A DNA stretch of 64,000 nucleotides from Oopsacas minuta (lineage: Eukaryota; Animalia; Porifera), in contig JAKMXF010000099.1 of the NCBI GenBank assembly GCA_024704765.1, forward strand, positions 486,419 to 550,418. The letters are read 5' to 3'. A program made the translations under genes and the position numbers. The notes under the pieces are model-generated. The model was given only the letters and a program-made list of their open reading frames with translations, searched no databases and was not told the DNA's origin. This document shows positions 13,162-26,973 of this stretch, piece after piece; the first letter of the stretch is position 1; each line of letters begins with the position of its first letter.

Positions 13162-14930
13162 TCGAGTGGTCTAGTTATGGATTGTTGTGATGAGCCCGCA
13201 TCTATTTCGCCATATTTCATAGAATACTCCTCCAATCGATCAACTTTCTTTGACATATACACAGCGAACTATTAGATGCATTTCGAGAGATAAAACGCCT
13301 CGTATGAAATTATTTTACGTTCGCGCGACCCTATTGTGAGTTTATGGGCACCTGGCGGATGGCTTAGAAATTATATACTAGTGTGGAAACCATAAGGCCA
13401 ATCGCATTGCTAAAGTGCATGAAGATTCTTTAACAAAGAATTCGCATTGGCTACATAAGTATATTTAGTACTGTTGTAGACCATTTACTTACCATGACGG
13501 TTTACTTACCATGATGGTTTACTTACGTTCTCTATTATTTCTATTCTCTATGGCTTCACAATTTATACTTCCTATTACACATCTACTTATTCGATTTACA
13601 CATGATGCATCACGTTAGCAACAATTTCAAAGTTGTTTATTTCTATTCACGAATTATTTAGTAACTTTTTTATTGATTCATTATCCGGGAATTATAAACA
13701 ATTTCAAATTGCTTTCTGTTGTTTGTTGTTGACAACGGACAAACAAAGACAATAATTGATGTCTAGTAATATAGGTTAGCACCAGAGAATTTTATATTTG
13801 GAATAATGTATATGTACTCTCTGAGAGCCTTCTACTCGGTTCCAACTCGATAACTAACTTAACTCTAGTTTGTTGGCATATGATAGATAGTTAATAAACA
13901 TCAAATAACATCTCAACAGTGGTATAATTCGAGACATCACTTCTAATATTTCATAGGCATTAGTGGATTAGTTTAGGGTTGAATTCCTAATTCCCAATTT
14001 GACATGTTTCTTTTGATATCATACGATCCAGTGGAGGATTTAATATAAATGCAAACAGTTCTTGTTACAAATAAAGCTAATGTCACTAAATGCCTAAAAT
14101 TATTCAAGGAAATACTAAAGAGCATCCTTTTACAGCTGTGAGAAAGTTTACTGAACTCACAGGTATGCAAATGGGGATCGTTTTCACCTGGGGAAGTTTG
14201 AATAGCAAAAATTACTTTTGATCTGTTAATTATTGATATTTTCCAACAATCGAGTCGTTTTGTATTCTAAACTATTGCTTGTTAATCTCTTTCTACTTTA
14301 GTGTTATTACTCTTGTAACCAGTGTGATCAAGAGAAGGATAATCAAGAAACCTTGGATTGTGTAAGTTGAATACAGAATCTTATCTTAATACTGTTCTAT
14401 AACAGTTCAACTACCATGACAAAACAACTATCCTATGATTGACATACCTTTGTTATTTCGATTCCTGGAAGTAACCCAAATTTGTCCTGCATAATTATTT
14501 GAAGAAATACAAGGTTACCATAAAATCTTACTAAATGGAAGCGTAATGCCCTATTGTGAGTAAAAAATACCCAGGAAGTAGGTAGTTGAACTGTCATGAC
14601 TAAATTGTATCCATATTCTTAGTAATAGAGGTAGTTGATCTGTTATAGTAGTTGAACTGTCAGGCAACATGACATTTCCAGTAGGTGTATAGGGATCTGA
14701 AATCTCACAATCTCGTGTGAGACTCACGATATCGAGCCCTCAATTACTGCAGAATCCTTGCTCTTTTCAAAGAAATCTAATACTAAATTACACATCTCAC
14801 GATTTTGAAGATTTCCAGGTTGAGAGGCCTGGGTGTATTGGAAACCTGTCGGGGAATTCCATCTCAAGTGTTCCAGTCATTCACCAACTTCAACCGATTA
14901 TCCTAAAGTTGGTGAGCTGAAAGCCCCAAC

Positions 14931-17425
14931 TAGGGTTTTTAATCCCGGACTCTTTTTATAATCCCGGGATTTCGGGATTTCCATATTTAAAATCCCGGGA
15001 TCCGGGAATTTCCGGGAATCCCTTGATAAATGATGATAATTATCTCTCTAGCAATTTTTAAATTGTTTAATTATATGATAGTCTGATAGAATGAAAGTAT
15101 AATATAGGGGTACATAGGGGGTACAAGATGAATATGAATGAGTAATAAGTTTATTTAGTCTATCATCAATTTTTTTCTTGTTGGCCCTTATGAATGCTAG
15201 CGTATCCAAAGTGCTATCACTGAGTCTTGTTCTAAATTTGTTGCATAAATATGCCGAACAAGAAAATGCTCGTTCCGCTTCAACTGAGGTTGCAGGCATT
15301 GTTAGTAACATTTGATATACCTTTTCCAAATGATATCCTCGTTTTCCTGTCTGTTCTCCAATAGTAAGTTCATATTTCAATATATTGAATAATGAATGTT
15401 GAACTTGTATATCTTCTGGCTTTTTCATCGATGCGTCTATCGCTAATTGTAATCTTTTTGCGAGGGAGATATCATCTAGGTCAGATATGCTTTCAGCCGT
15501 ATTAGGTGAGTAAGGTACTATTGATACTTCTTCACTCACATGTTCCTCATCTTCAATTCCTTTCCTTCGAGTTCTTGATAACAAATCAGCACAAAATGTG
15601 TTTACTACAGTCTTTTTTACAAGTCGTGCCGAAGGATTATGTAGGTATTGAAGTATTGCTGAAACTTCAGTGTACCTCTCTTGAACCATCCGCTGGCTTA
15701 GCGCCTCCAGGATTTGTGCATTATAATGTGTGTTAGATTTCTGAATATCTTCCAATAGAAATTTTATAGTTGCTTCTGCTGTAATTAAATTTGTATCTCT
15801 TCTACATAGAGCTTCTGAAGCAATCTTAATTGGATTCAAAGCTTCAACTATAGAAGAGATAGCCGCAATTTCTTGCTCGCTGAGGCATATATGTTCACCA
15901 AAATCTAACAGAGCTTTATGTATTGGTAATTTGATCTGAATTATCCTCTCGAGCATATTCACAAGTGAGCTCCATCGAGTCTTACAATCAAGAACCACAT
16001 TCAGTCCATTTGGATAAATCTCTTTCACATACATTTGCAAAGTTTCATTCTTCAAAGGTGATCGCTTGAATATTTTCACAATTCTACGTACTTTGGTTAC
16101 TATTTTAGAGATATCAAATTTAGTGCATGAGCATTCTGAGGGTCCATCGATTCCGAAACAATGAATCCATCATCATTAAAATCATCAAACATTTCCATAT
16201 CTTCATCTTCATCTTCATCGGTTTCACTTGTACTAGAATAAATTTCTTCAGTTTCACTAAGTTGTTTTTGATAGATAACGTCTTGTATTACAAGCTGGAG
16301 TCCATGTGCGTAGCATAACTGCTGATTTGTGGGTATTATTTTCCCCAACTTCTTCATCATTGAACACCCGTCTGTTGTGATAGAAATGACATCTGTTTCG
16401 AATTCTATTCCAAATTCTTTTAGTTTAAGTGAGATTATCTTGGAACAAGCCTCTGAAGAAAATCTTCCCTTAATCCTTACCAATCCTAAGTTCCAAAAGA
16501 ACCCAATGCCATGTATATTAATATTGAGATATCTTTTGTTTTGCAAGGATGTCCATTCATCAAGGGTAAGACTGAAATATTGACCTTTTGATTTAATAAT
16601 GCTTAGATTTCTGGTAGTATCTTGGCGTAATTGCTGACCATATTCTAGCACTTGATCTCTTATTCCGACAACAGATCTTGGTAGTGAAAGTCCTAGTGCA
16701 GCAAGAGATTTTCTCAAGTCCATTGATGTAGTAAATATATTAAATGAAAGCCCATCGCAAGCTGTCATCCTGGCTAACACAGCTGGTAGGCTAGCGTCGT
16801 TCATGTAATAATCTAATTTCCTAACCGCACATGTATGTGGGATAGCACTTTCTTCATTATTTGAGCGTTTCAATAAATCAATTTGGTGCTGTGATTTAAG
16901 ATGATTGTGTAGCCCCTTTGTTGATCCCCCTTCGCATTTAAGTACCTTTTTACAGGAATTACACTCAGCTAATTTCCCACATACCGAGCGCTTAAAATGG
17001 TTCCAAATTTTAGATCCTGCAAACTCTTGAAACATAACTTTTCCAGCCATTCAAGGTACGATATAACGATAATGCAACAATTACGATTTAGAATGAAATT
17101 GAGGCTTTTCTGACGATTCACCTTATATTTGAAATTTGAATAGTTAGAATGGTTGAGTGGTACCTTACAAGTTTGCTTGAATTCTCTGACTTGTTAAGCA
17201 TTTATTAATTTTGGTGTCTTATTCATATTGAAAACATATTTCATTCAGTATTAACAATACGAAACCAATTAAATCCCTAAATCATTTCAACGCAATTACA
17301 CAAATGTACATAATGATCATAGAGCATGTTAATATGCAATCAAGAAGATATCCCGGGATTGAAGAAACAATCCCGGGAATTAGTCCCGAAACAATAACCT
17401 TCGGGATCCGGGATTAAAAACCCTA
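14931..17425 (-). mobile_element. Full-length hAT (hobo/Ac group) transposon
   Basis: Perfect TIR TAGGGTTTTTAATCCCGG; perfect 8-bp TSD GCCCCAAC (14923-14930, 17426-17433); subterminal CCCGGGAT arrays. Confidence 0.95.
15048..17050 (-). pseudogene. hAT transposase split by one frameshift (ORFs 16100-17050 and 15048-16079)
   Basis: BED finger (IWNHF..CNSC..LHNHLKSQH), FSLTLDEWTS, ITTDG, CYAHGLQL, DCKTRWSSL, SVEAERAFS; adding one T near 16118 joins the ORFs (NFDISKIVTKVRRIVKIFKRSP). Confidence 0.9.
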
Positions 17426-17497
17426 GCCCCAACCCAACGATTAGATATTTGTTAAAACGCAATTAATCTATACTAGTGTGTTTTGCTTGCTAGGTCA

Positions 17498-18815
17498 CTC
17501 CCCCTTTAAAGGTCTTGTCTTCATCTTCTAATTCCACTATTCCTTCGTTGTACCAGTATACTTCCATATCTCAATATCGATCTGGTTCCCGTCGCCCTCT
17601 TTAGATCTCCTCAACTCTGGCCCTTCTGTCTCTAGTTCTACGAAAGGTGAAATGTCACTTGGTCCCTCCTCAATTTCCTTTTCAATACTCCATTATATCA
17701 ATAGTAGGACCCTCTGTAGTATCACGGGAGTCCTCAACCCTAACTCTGATCGCGAGGGCGATGGCTTACAGCGATTTAGGTGGATAATTTGTTTGTTTCC
17801 CGAATGGGGATCAGTTAGATGGGGATTTACTCAGTATCTCTCGGCTACCAACCAAGGTCCTGTAAAACAAAAGAGAAAGGTCATTTTTCCCAAAATCCAT
17901 CTTTTAACAAGACCCTATCCAGAACATATCCCATTAGTTTTCCTATCGACACTCTTATCCTTTCCTGAGCTTTTCAATATTCTGTACTACTCTTTGTTCA
18001 GCATTCATATGCTTACGTCATTTACATATGAAGTGGTATCGGGTAAGAATCATGTTCTCCAGGGGAGTAATATATCGATTCTTCCTCTCGATCTCTGATT
18101 GAACATTATCTCATGTGGTGTAAATCAAGTACTAGCAGACACTTGTGAATTGCAAATAAATGCTATTTCCCTGGCTAGCTTTAGCATGCACTGCTTAAAA
18201 GTATTTATCATAATTTACACTTCTCCATGGGGTGATAATCACTCGAGTACAGTTTCGTAATTCCATTCTTATCGCAGGCATCCCTAATTATGGTACCATC
18301 TATGATCCGGCCCTGGTCGGAAAGAAGCGCTAAAGGGTATCGATATCTATGGGGCTATCCATACTTCAAAGACTCTGCAACGGTTCCGGCCTCTTGAATC
18401 CCTCATTGGTATAGCCTCAATATGCTTTGAAAAGAGGTCCACCATCATCAGCACGTAGCGGTAAACTCCCGCTATCCTAGGCAATTATGCGATCCATGGC
18501 TATTTGGGGACGTGAGAAGGTATTAGGTAACTTAAATTGCTCGAGGGGTTGCTTCCTTACATACGATCGTTTGTTTTTCAGGAATACCAAAGAGAACTCT
18601 AAAATTCTCAGAATCCATAAACATCCCCTTCCAAAAACACCTGATCCGTAAGTCTTCATAACTTCCCTGGATCCCAGCGTGAGTAGAGTTATGAACGAAG
18701 CATAAGACCTTCTCATGACATGATTCAGGTACAATAATCCTTTGTCCTACACAAGAAACCACCGCAAATATCAATTTGAGAATGCATCTTGAGTTGGCCA
18801 GATAGAACTTACCAT
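17498..18815 (-). pseudogene. Gypsy/Ty3 LTR-retrotransposon integrase remnant with polypurine tract
   Basis: RIIVPES..VL..VHNSTHAGIQGSYEDLRIRCFWKGMF (H2C2 region), YVLMMVDLFSKHIEAIP, SDYHP; PPT AAAGGGGGAG (17498-17507) followed by TG, the probable start of the 3' LTR. Cut at 18816 by a hATm terminus. Confidence 0.8.
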
Positions 18816-19118
18816 TAGGGTGAACTGAAAAACGCCACTTCCTTAGCAGTTTATTCATTTTGTACCTGTCTTAATAGTGCTTACTCATACTTATAAGGAA
18901 ATTGACTCAAATATGATGCAGGAATCCCAATTATATTTATGAGACTTGATAGACACTTTGTAATGAACTATAATTGTTGTGATTACATTACAAATTTTAC
19001 TACTTATCAGATTGATATTGCCTTTACTTATTATAGCTTTATTATTGCTCTAATTTAGTTCTATATCTCATAATTTATATGGCATATGCACCAAAAAGGA
19101 CATGAGTAACACAGACAC

Positions 19119-22100
19119 TAGGGCGGATCGAGAAAAGTATAAATCGTCGGTTCAACTTTTACCTAAGGGAGAGGTTGCCTTTACCATTTTCTAGGAAAAT
19201 GCGAGACTTAAATTTGAAAAATATTTCGATTTGACCCTTGCGGTTTTATATTTTTGTTGTATCACTTTCTCAAAATTGATTTTATATTGCCCGAATTTTT
19301 AAATTCCTTTGGCTTAGCCCCTTTATATATATTATTTGGTAATAGTAAGTCGCATATTTGCTATTGAATGGTGTATTAATCGAATTTCTATGTCCAAGGA
19401 TACTCAAGTTATCAGGATTTTTTTGCATATTCTATCATACCCTAATATTATTACCCCCTCTTTTTTTCCGATTGTTTGAAAATTCTATATTCTTAGTAAA
19501 ATTTATTATATAATCACTAAAGTTAGTATATTTCTTTATCTAGATCCAAATTCATCAATAGGTTACCACAAAGAAATTTTCCCAACATTCCTTATCTCTT
19601 GTTCTTAACTTAGTTACCATTTATCTAGCATGGAATTTATGGTCAATTATAGTGTCTATATCAATGCTCGATCAAATCATTCATATTATTGAGTGATTAT
19701 ATTCCTAAAATTTATTTATTTTTGAAATGGTAGAAAACACGCGTAGTAAAGTATTTCATCCTATTTTTGGCTATCCAGGACCTATTCCAGAAAATCAACT
19801 TCCAACAAAACTAGATCTATATAATCATTATAGAGTGCTTAGAAATGAAGATTCTAAATCAACTAGAGATGATATAGCGAAAGAACTAACTGAAGTATTA
19901 GTGCGTATCTATAATTTGGCTTCCATACCCACTATATCAGAGCTCAAAATATAACAGTACATCAATTCTGATATTATTGAGAGAGCTAAATACTACGGAA
20001 AAGTATCCAAAACAAGCAACAACCTGACCGTATACAGTCTATTATTTCTGAATTCAATGTCTTGTTCGATGTCTCAAGTTGCAAATGCCTAATTCAGGAA
20101 TTTAAATGTTTTTGCTCTCTCGATAAAAAGATACCACGTCGTGAGTGGTCATTTCTCTTTGATCAGCGAAACGCTCGAAAATTATTTATATCCAGCTTGG
20201 ATTGCATGACAACCTCTGAAAATATTGTTAAACAAAAAAGAAAAGAGGCACAATATGAAAGAGAAGAAAGGGAAATGAAGAGATTACATGCAGTTCAATC
20301 TTCGCAAGAATTTATAGAATGTGACTTTGAAGAGTTTGAATCTTTTGACTCGAGTACATCTAATACTCACAAGTATACACGTAATCATAATCAATTATGA
20401 AATTTAGCCATAATGTGTGATAGATATCAAAATAGCGATCGGGCAGGCGCAGCTATAGCTAACGCAGTACTGCAGGATTACGGTATTATCACACAAGAAG
20501 AAGATAGTCAAATTATTGATAGAAACAAACTCCATAGATCTAGATTCTCTGTGAGAAAGGAATTGGCTAATGAGGCTCACGAAACTATCAATGATATGTC
20601 TGCAATATATTTTAAATGATCGTAAAGATCAAACTCGAGTACTGGTAGAAAGAGAAGATGGACATTTGCATTAGGATACTACAAATGAAGAACATTATAC
20701 TGTCTTATCTGGACCGAGGAATCAGTATGTTGCCCATGTAACACCAAGTTCTGGTAAAGCCAAAGATATAGCAAGGGAATTGACTGATCTTTGCAGGGAA
20801 CGTAATTCAAATTTAAGGGCGGTTGGTGCTGATGGAGCTCGAGTTAACACTGGAATCTACAATGGGTGTATTAGATTACTTGAACTAGAGTTCACAAAAC
20901 CACTCCACTGGTTTATTTGCCAATTACATGGTAATGAACTTCCATTGAGGCATCTCTTTCAAATAATAGATGGAAAAACAGTGGACCCAATTCTTTTAAA
21001 CGAGTAATTGGTAAAGAACTTAATTGTGATTTTACTTGCAAACCAATTGCAGCGTATCATCCTTTATGCTGTAAACTCAACTTATTGATTGCGATATTCT
21101 CAAGAATTTAAATAAAGATGAGAAATATCTATATAATATCTGTCATGCAGTTCAGACTGGTATTTGCTCATCTGAACTGGCATCAATGCAACCTGGTCCT
21201 ATACATCATACTAGATGGACAACACTGGCCAACAGAATACTTAGGTCGTACATTTCTACGATACATCCCACACCTGAATTATCCTGGCTTGTCAATTTTA
21301 TTGTCAATTGTTATGTACCAGTTTGGTTTAGAATCAAGAGTAACCCGATTTGCACAGAAGGACCTAAAAATATGTTTTTTGCAATATCTTTACTGCGAGA
21401 TCTATCGGAGTCTGACCAAGAAGTAATTTGCGATGTTATACAGAGAAACTCATATTTTTGTCATCCAGAAAATCTCCTGTTATCGATGCTTGCAGATAAT
21501 GATGAACAAATTAGACAAAAGGCAGTGAACACTATTTTAGATATCCGAATTAACAGTTCATTATTTAGAGCGATTGAAATTCGCCCATTTAATCTTCCTT
21601 CAATAAGGTTCACTGTCGAAACATATGTGGATATGATTGATTGGGAAACCTCTTTTATCACAGAACCGCCTTTTACAAGATATCTCTCAAAAGAAGTACT
21701 AATTAATTGTGTACGTGCTCCACTAGAAATTCCAGCATATCCATGCCATACACAAGCTGTTGAAAGAACTATTCAATTAATCACTGAAAGTTCGTGTTCA
21801 GTAACAGGAGAAGATGCGAGACATGGATTAATTCTTTCAACCCTAACATCAAGAGAAAAAATGCCCGCATTTGAATCAAAGAAAGATTATGCTTGTTAAA
21901 TATACTTGATATAACATAATTGAATCATATACCACAATAGATAAAAAAGCTAATAATTTTCAAATAATCGGAAAAAATGGGGGGTGGGTAATAATATTAG
22001 GGTATGATAGAGTATGCAAAATAATCTTGATAGCTTGAGTATCCTTGGACATAGAAATTCGATTAATACACCATTCAATAGCAAATATGCGACTTACTAT

Positions 22101-22323
22101 TACCAAATAATATATATAAAGGGGCTAAGCCAAAGGAATTTAAAAATTCGGGCAATATAAAATCAATTTTGAGAAAGTGACACAACAAAAATATAAAACC
22201 GCAAGGGTCAAATCGAAATATTTTTCAAATTTAAGTCTCGCATTTTCCTAGAAAATGGTAAAGGCAACTTTTCCCTTTGGTAGAAGTTGAACCGACGATT
22301 TATACTTTTCTTGATCCGGCCTA
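19119..22323 (+). mobile_element. Inner hATm-type transposon with ~345-bp TIRs
   Basis: Long near-identical TIRs (19119-~19460 vs ~21985-22323) starting TAGG; perfect 8-bp TSD ACAGACAC (19111-19118, 22324-22331). Confidence 0.92.
19727..21899 (+). pseudogene. hATm transposase, several stops and frameshifts
   Basis: ORF pieces: HPIFGYPGPIPENQLPT; FDVSSCKC; CDRYQNSDRAGAAIANAVLQDYG; GADGARVNTG; CQLHGNELPLRHL; HTRWTTLANRILR; HPENLLLSML; PCHTQAVERTIQ. Confidence 0.85.
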
Positions 22324-24028
22324 ACAGACACATCCAATTTTTGGATCTCCAGCAGAATTGCCTGCTAATCAGTATCCAACGGGGTGAGATATATGTAAAT
22401 TTATTCTTAAGTGTAAACAAGTTCAAGAAGATGATGGATTAATCCCCAACGGGAGATTTGCTTCTATTCCATTTATCATAGAGACAGTTAGTGAGTTCGC
22501 AGATCAGTTAGGTGGATGGGATTGGAAAGACGCGGAAATATTACCCGATATGGCATTTGGAAACGTGCATCTCTACCCACTAAATCTAAAAAGGGTGTCG
22601 TTAAAACTGTGAAGACTCTCTAGTCTAAAGCAACTAACATTATTTGTTGTATTCCTGAGGAACCAAGAAAAACTCATAAGAATTATGAAAAATTTGTATC
22701 TGACCGTTTAGATTTCCTTTTTGATATTTGCTCATGCAAATGTAAACGTATCAATTGCGATGATGTTAAGTGTTATAACTTACTTTGTGTAGAGATTCAT
22801 CTCCTTTGTGGTTGTGCTCACAAAGTGCCTAAACGAGAGTTATCATTTCTCTTTGACCAGAGAACCGACAGAATGATATACATAGGCGGTATTGATATCC
22901 ACACCTCAACGATATTTTCAAAAATAGAGCCAAGAAAAATTTCCCTCAAAGGAAGAATTGAATTGAAAATATAGAAAGAGAAAGTTGAAGCCGAGTTGTA
23001 TAACTATTTCCAAATTGAGGATATAGAAGAAACCGATACTCAGAACGATGTTAAACATGTTGATACGAATTCTAAACCTTTGTCAAAATCATTACCACTT
23101 CGAAATACACAGACAATCCCAAATATAGCTATATCTGCCGATCGATATGGAGTTTCTAATCGAGCTACAGCTGCGATTGCTACAACCACTCTAATAGATT
23201 TCGGACTTATAACACCAGAAGATCAAAATCTTGTGACAGACAAGAATAGGTGGCAAGAGCACGTCAAAAGTATAGAAATCAAATACAACACAAAGAAATG
23301 GTAGAAGTAATTGATGTTACAGGTATCTATTTTGATGGAAGGCACGATAAAACACTTTCAAATAACCATCAATGGTGAATGTCGCACTCAAACTTCAGTT
23401 GGGAACATATTGTTGTGATTGATCAAATTAGTAGGTATCTTTTCCATACAATTCCTGAATCTGGTCACTGAATCAATATCGCTTCATCAATATTTGCCCC
23501 TCTCCAAAAAATGGATTAGAAAGAGAAATTCTATTAGTAGGTTGTGATGGTACGAATGTAAACGTAGGTTATAAGAATGGGTCTATTGCTAACTTGGAAA
23601 GAATGCTTGGTAGAGAATTACAATGGGAGGTTTGTCTGCTCCATACTAATGAACTGCCCCTGAGGCACTTGTTTGAATATTTTACGGGAAAACTGGCGGT
23701 CCGAATTCATTTAGTGACCCAATCGGCAAATCAATGAAAAACAAACTCTCTAAGATTCCTGGAGTAAGGTTTGAGCCAATAATTTATAGTGAGTTCCATG
23801 AGATGACAAAAGAACTGATAGACGATCTTAGCACTGATTAGAGTTATCTCTATAGGATTTGCCAAGCATGTTTGCGAGGTAATTGTCCAAAGGATCTAGA
23901 GTTAGCGAACCAGGTCGAATTTGTCATTCGAGATGGCATACCCTGGCATGTAGAGTTGTCCCGTGTATATGTCAACAATAAAAGGAATTTTACGAGTTGA
24001 GACGACTTACAATTATTGTGATTAAATA

Positions 24029-26973
24029 CACTGCTCAACAAAAGTTTAGTTGCATTTCTACCAACACTTGTTTTTACCTAATTTTGGGGCGCGAATCCGA
24101 GTCCGACCTTAGTTATTTTAGTTATTTTCCGCAAGCTCTAGATTTTTGCAAATCGAAATTTTTAATGTTTTTTGTACAAAATTCAAATTTTTTGAGAAAG
24201 TGACCTGATTTGACAAAATGATGTCCAGCTTACAGTTGAATAACTAGCCTCAAAACAAAAATAGGTGCCAAAAAACTTTCTTGTTGCCAATAGAAATTGT
24301 ATTTGTAGACAGATAGGCAACAAATGTTTACAAAAATGTAAAAAATAACAGTTTTGCTGGTAATATACATGTAAAATTGATTTTTTTTACAAAATGACAT
24401 AGAAAAGAACGATGGCAATCTACAATAGTAACTTAAAGCGATCAATGACAAGATACGAAAGATTCAAATGTTCTACAACTCTGAACAAATTTCCTCTTAT
24501 AACTTCTGCGTTTGTACGCTTTGTGAGGACAGTCACGTTCAATGCCCCAACAATAGTCTGCCATCATATGTCGATCCCATCGACCTTGGTAGCGTTCTTC
24601 CACTGTCATGAGATCCTGGTGGAAACGCTCTCCCTGTTCGTCACTGACAGTCCCAAGGTTATCAGGGAATTTGTCCAGGTGGCTGTGCAGAAAATGTGCT
24701 TTTATGCTCATGTTGCATCCTAAATCACGAAACCCTGAGAGCATCTTGGATACAAGCATTTCATAGTTTGGAGCCTTTCTGTTATCAAGAAAGTTCTGTA
24801 TAACATCCACAAAAGATAGCCATGCAGCCTTCTCCTTGACATTCATTTTCTGAATGAAGTTATTGTCGCGAATAAGTGTACGTATCTGTGGCCCATCAAA
24901 CACTCCTGCTTTGATTTTATCATATGACAAAGCAGGGAAAGTATACACAAGATGATGAAAGGATTCATTGTCAGGATTTAGGGCTTTAACGAACTGTTTC
25001 ACGAGACCTAGCTTGATGTGCAGGGCGGAAAAACAATTTTGTCTCTGCTTACGATCGGGTCGTGTGTTACGTTAGGCATGCCAGCTTGAAATGTTTCACG
25101 TAAGGGCCACTCCTTCTGTCTCCAATGTTTTTCACGTGCTCTGCTGTCCCACATGCACAGTTAACATGGAAATTTAGTGTATCCTTTTGCTGACCTAGCA
25201 GAAAACTAACCATTATGAGGTCAACACAAATGATTCAGTTGTGATCATGATATCCGAATAAATCCATAACAATTCTAATGTCATCATGCTGTTCCTTCAA
25301 GACAGTGGAGTGACCAACTAGAACAGCACCATAAACATTTCCGTTGTTTAAAAGAACACACTTGAGGCTGCGCTTGGAACTGTCCAAAAACAATCGCCAT
25401 TCTCCTGGATCATATGAGGAGATACCCAGTTGTCCGAGAAGACCAGGAATATCGTTGCAATATACCAGCTTATTTTCCACTGAAAAATAGGGTAGAAGGT
25501 GTTCTTCTCTTTTTCGAAAAAAGAAAACCTTTACAAATCGATCCAGCACCTGTTTTTCTTTGAGCCTGGAGGCTAAGAGCTCAGCTGCTTGCTTGGGCAG
25601 ATCTAAATCACGTACTAAGTCATTCCGTTCTGATTGATTAAACTGCTGCACAGTTACTCTGGTTTCATAAGAAGAATCTTCAGATTCTGATTCTGTGTCT
25701 GTTATTTGATATTCCATTTCTACAATCTCTTCCCTTTCCAATTCAGTTTCTTCATCATCAGGAAAAGCAAAACCACTAAAGACCGGAGGAAGAAGTCTAT
25801 CAGAGTGCGGGACAGGTCGTATAGCTGATGGTATACTAGGATAAGTAAGCGTTTGTCGGCTCTTCTTGCCAACACCTTTTGTATTGACCATGCAAAAGTA
25901 GCAGTCAGTTGTGTGGTCTTGGGGTTCACGCCACACCATTGGAATGGCAAAGGCAGACCCTTTCGCTTTCCTTTGTTCAGTCTCGGAGCATTTCTTCGCA
26001 GTTATGGCACACAATATGAGGAGACCATTTCTTATCTTGATCACCAAAAGGGATGCCAAAGTATGCTATGTAGGCACGCTTCACAAACGATGTTATATTT
26101 CGTCTTTGACGCGAAAGCGTGTACACACCACAGATGTAACAAAATGAATCAGGGTTATTTTTTGCATTTATGTCTACTAGTAGAAGCCATGATCAAATCT
26201 GAAGAGTTAAGAATCGAAAGAAAATCTGTTGATGTCTATGTAACTTAACACAAACAAACAGAATAACAAAACCTTGGTTCTAATTAAGGCTACCAGCAGA
26301 CGAGCGGAAAAATAAAGCTTAAATGCCTATTCTGCTGCATCTAGCCACAATGCTCAATCAAGTTTTCTAACTTTGTAATATTTCTGGCATCTCGTGGAGT
26401 GACTAACTGCGAATGTATAACGAAATGGTCAACAGGCGTTAACGCAGGTGGACAATAAAACAGGAATGCAGTATGGTGATAAAACTTGATAACGTGGGGC
26501 TTTCAACAGGAAGCTTCGGGCTGATAAGCATGACTCATTGCAAACTTCTTCAAATGCGCTTAAACAGCAATCGGCTACAACTTGAAAGCTTCTATCTGAG
26601 ACACTGGTACCATGTTATAGACAAAGCACAAACAAATAGCCTTAACTTTTGAAAACCTGTTGAGTAATCAGGTCTGCAAAATACTCATTTACCACGTGCT
26701 CATCATTCAGCTCTGACTAACAAATGTTCATAATGGATCCAGAATGATGCATACAAAATGAAAATGGCTTGATAGATAAAAAAAGTATTTGGTGGAGATC
26801 AGATTTATGTACTAAATAAGTACCACAAACCAAAAAGTTTAAATTGTCGATTGCATAAAAACTAGAGCATGCAGAAATAAACTGATTGCAGATTTGAAAT
26901 CAGCATCCCAAAATTATATAGAATCAGTTAAATAATCTCATGCAACCAAAGATGAAAAATATTGTTTGCAGTT
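24029..26973 (-). mobile_element. Chapaev3 (CMC) transposon, copy A, pseudogenised
   Basis: Left terminus CACTGCTCAAC, degenerate right terminus TGTTTGCAGTT; transposase fragments (FCYICG, WSPHIVCHNC, PMVWREP..H..DCYFC, LFLDSSKRSLKCVLL, GVFDGPQIR, HFLHSHLD, SDEQGERFHQD); splits the outer hATm ORF (..IVIK | YAPSW..). Family name from motif and CAC terminus recall. Confidence 0.82.

Noticed and set aside
14377-14680. Repeated GTAGTTGAACTGT motifs in both orientations
   Set aside because: Probably a decayed MITE with subterminal repeats; no regular spacers, so not a CRISPR array, and no defined ends.
17652-18098. 148-aa plus-strand ORF
   Set aside because: Antisense to the Gypsy integrase remnant, with no recognisable motif.
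18532-18858. 108-aa ORF as an integrase start (MNKLLRKWRFSVHP...)
   Set aside because: The first ~14 residues are read from the hATm TIR (18816 onward); the ORF is chimeric.
25720-26248. Overlapping 76-131 aa ORFs duplicated at 45326-45854
   Set aside because: Antisense or alternate-frame shadows of the Chapaev3 transposase; they recur only because the element is duplicated.
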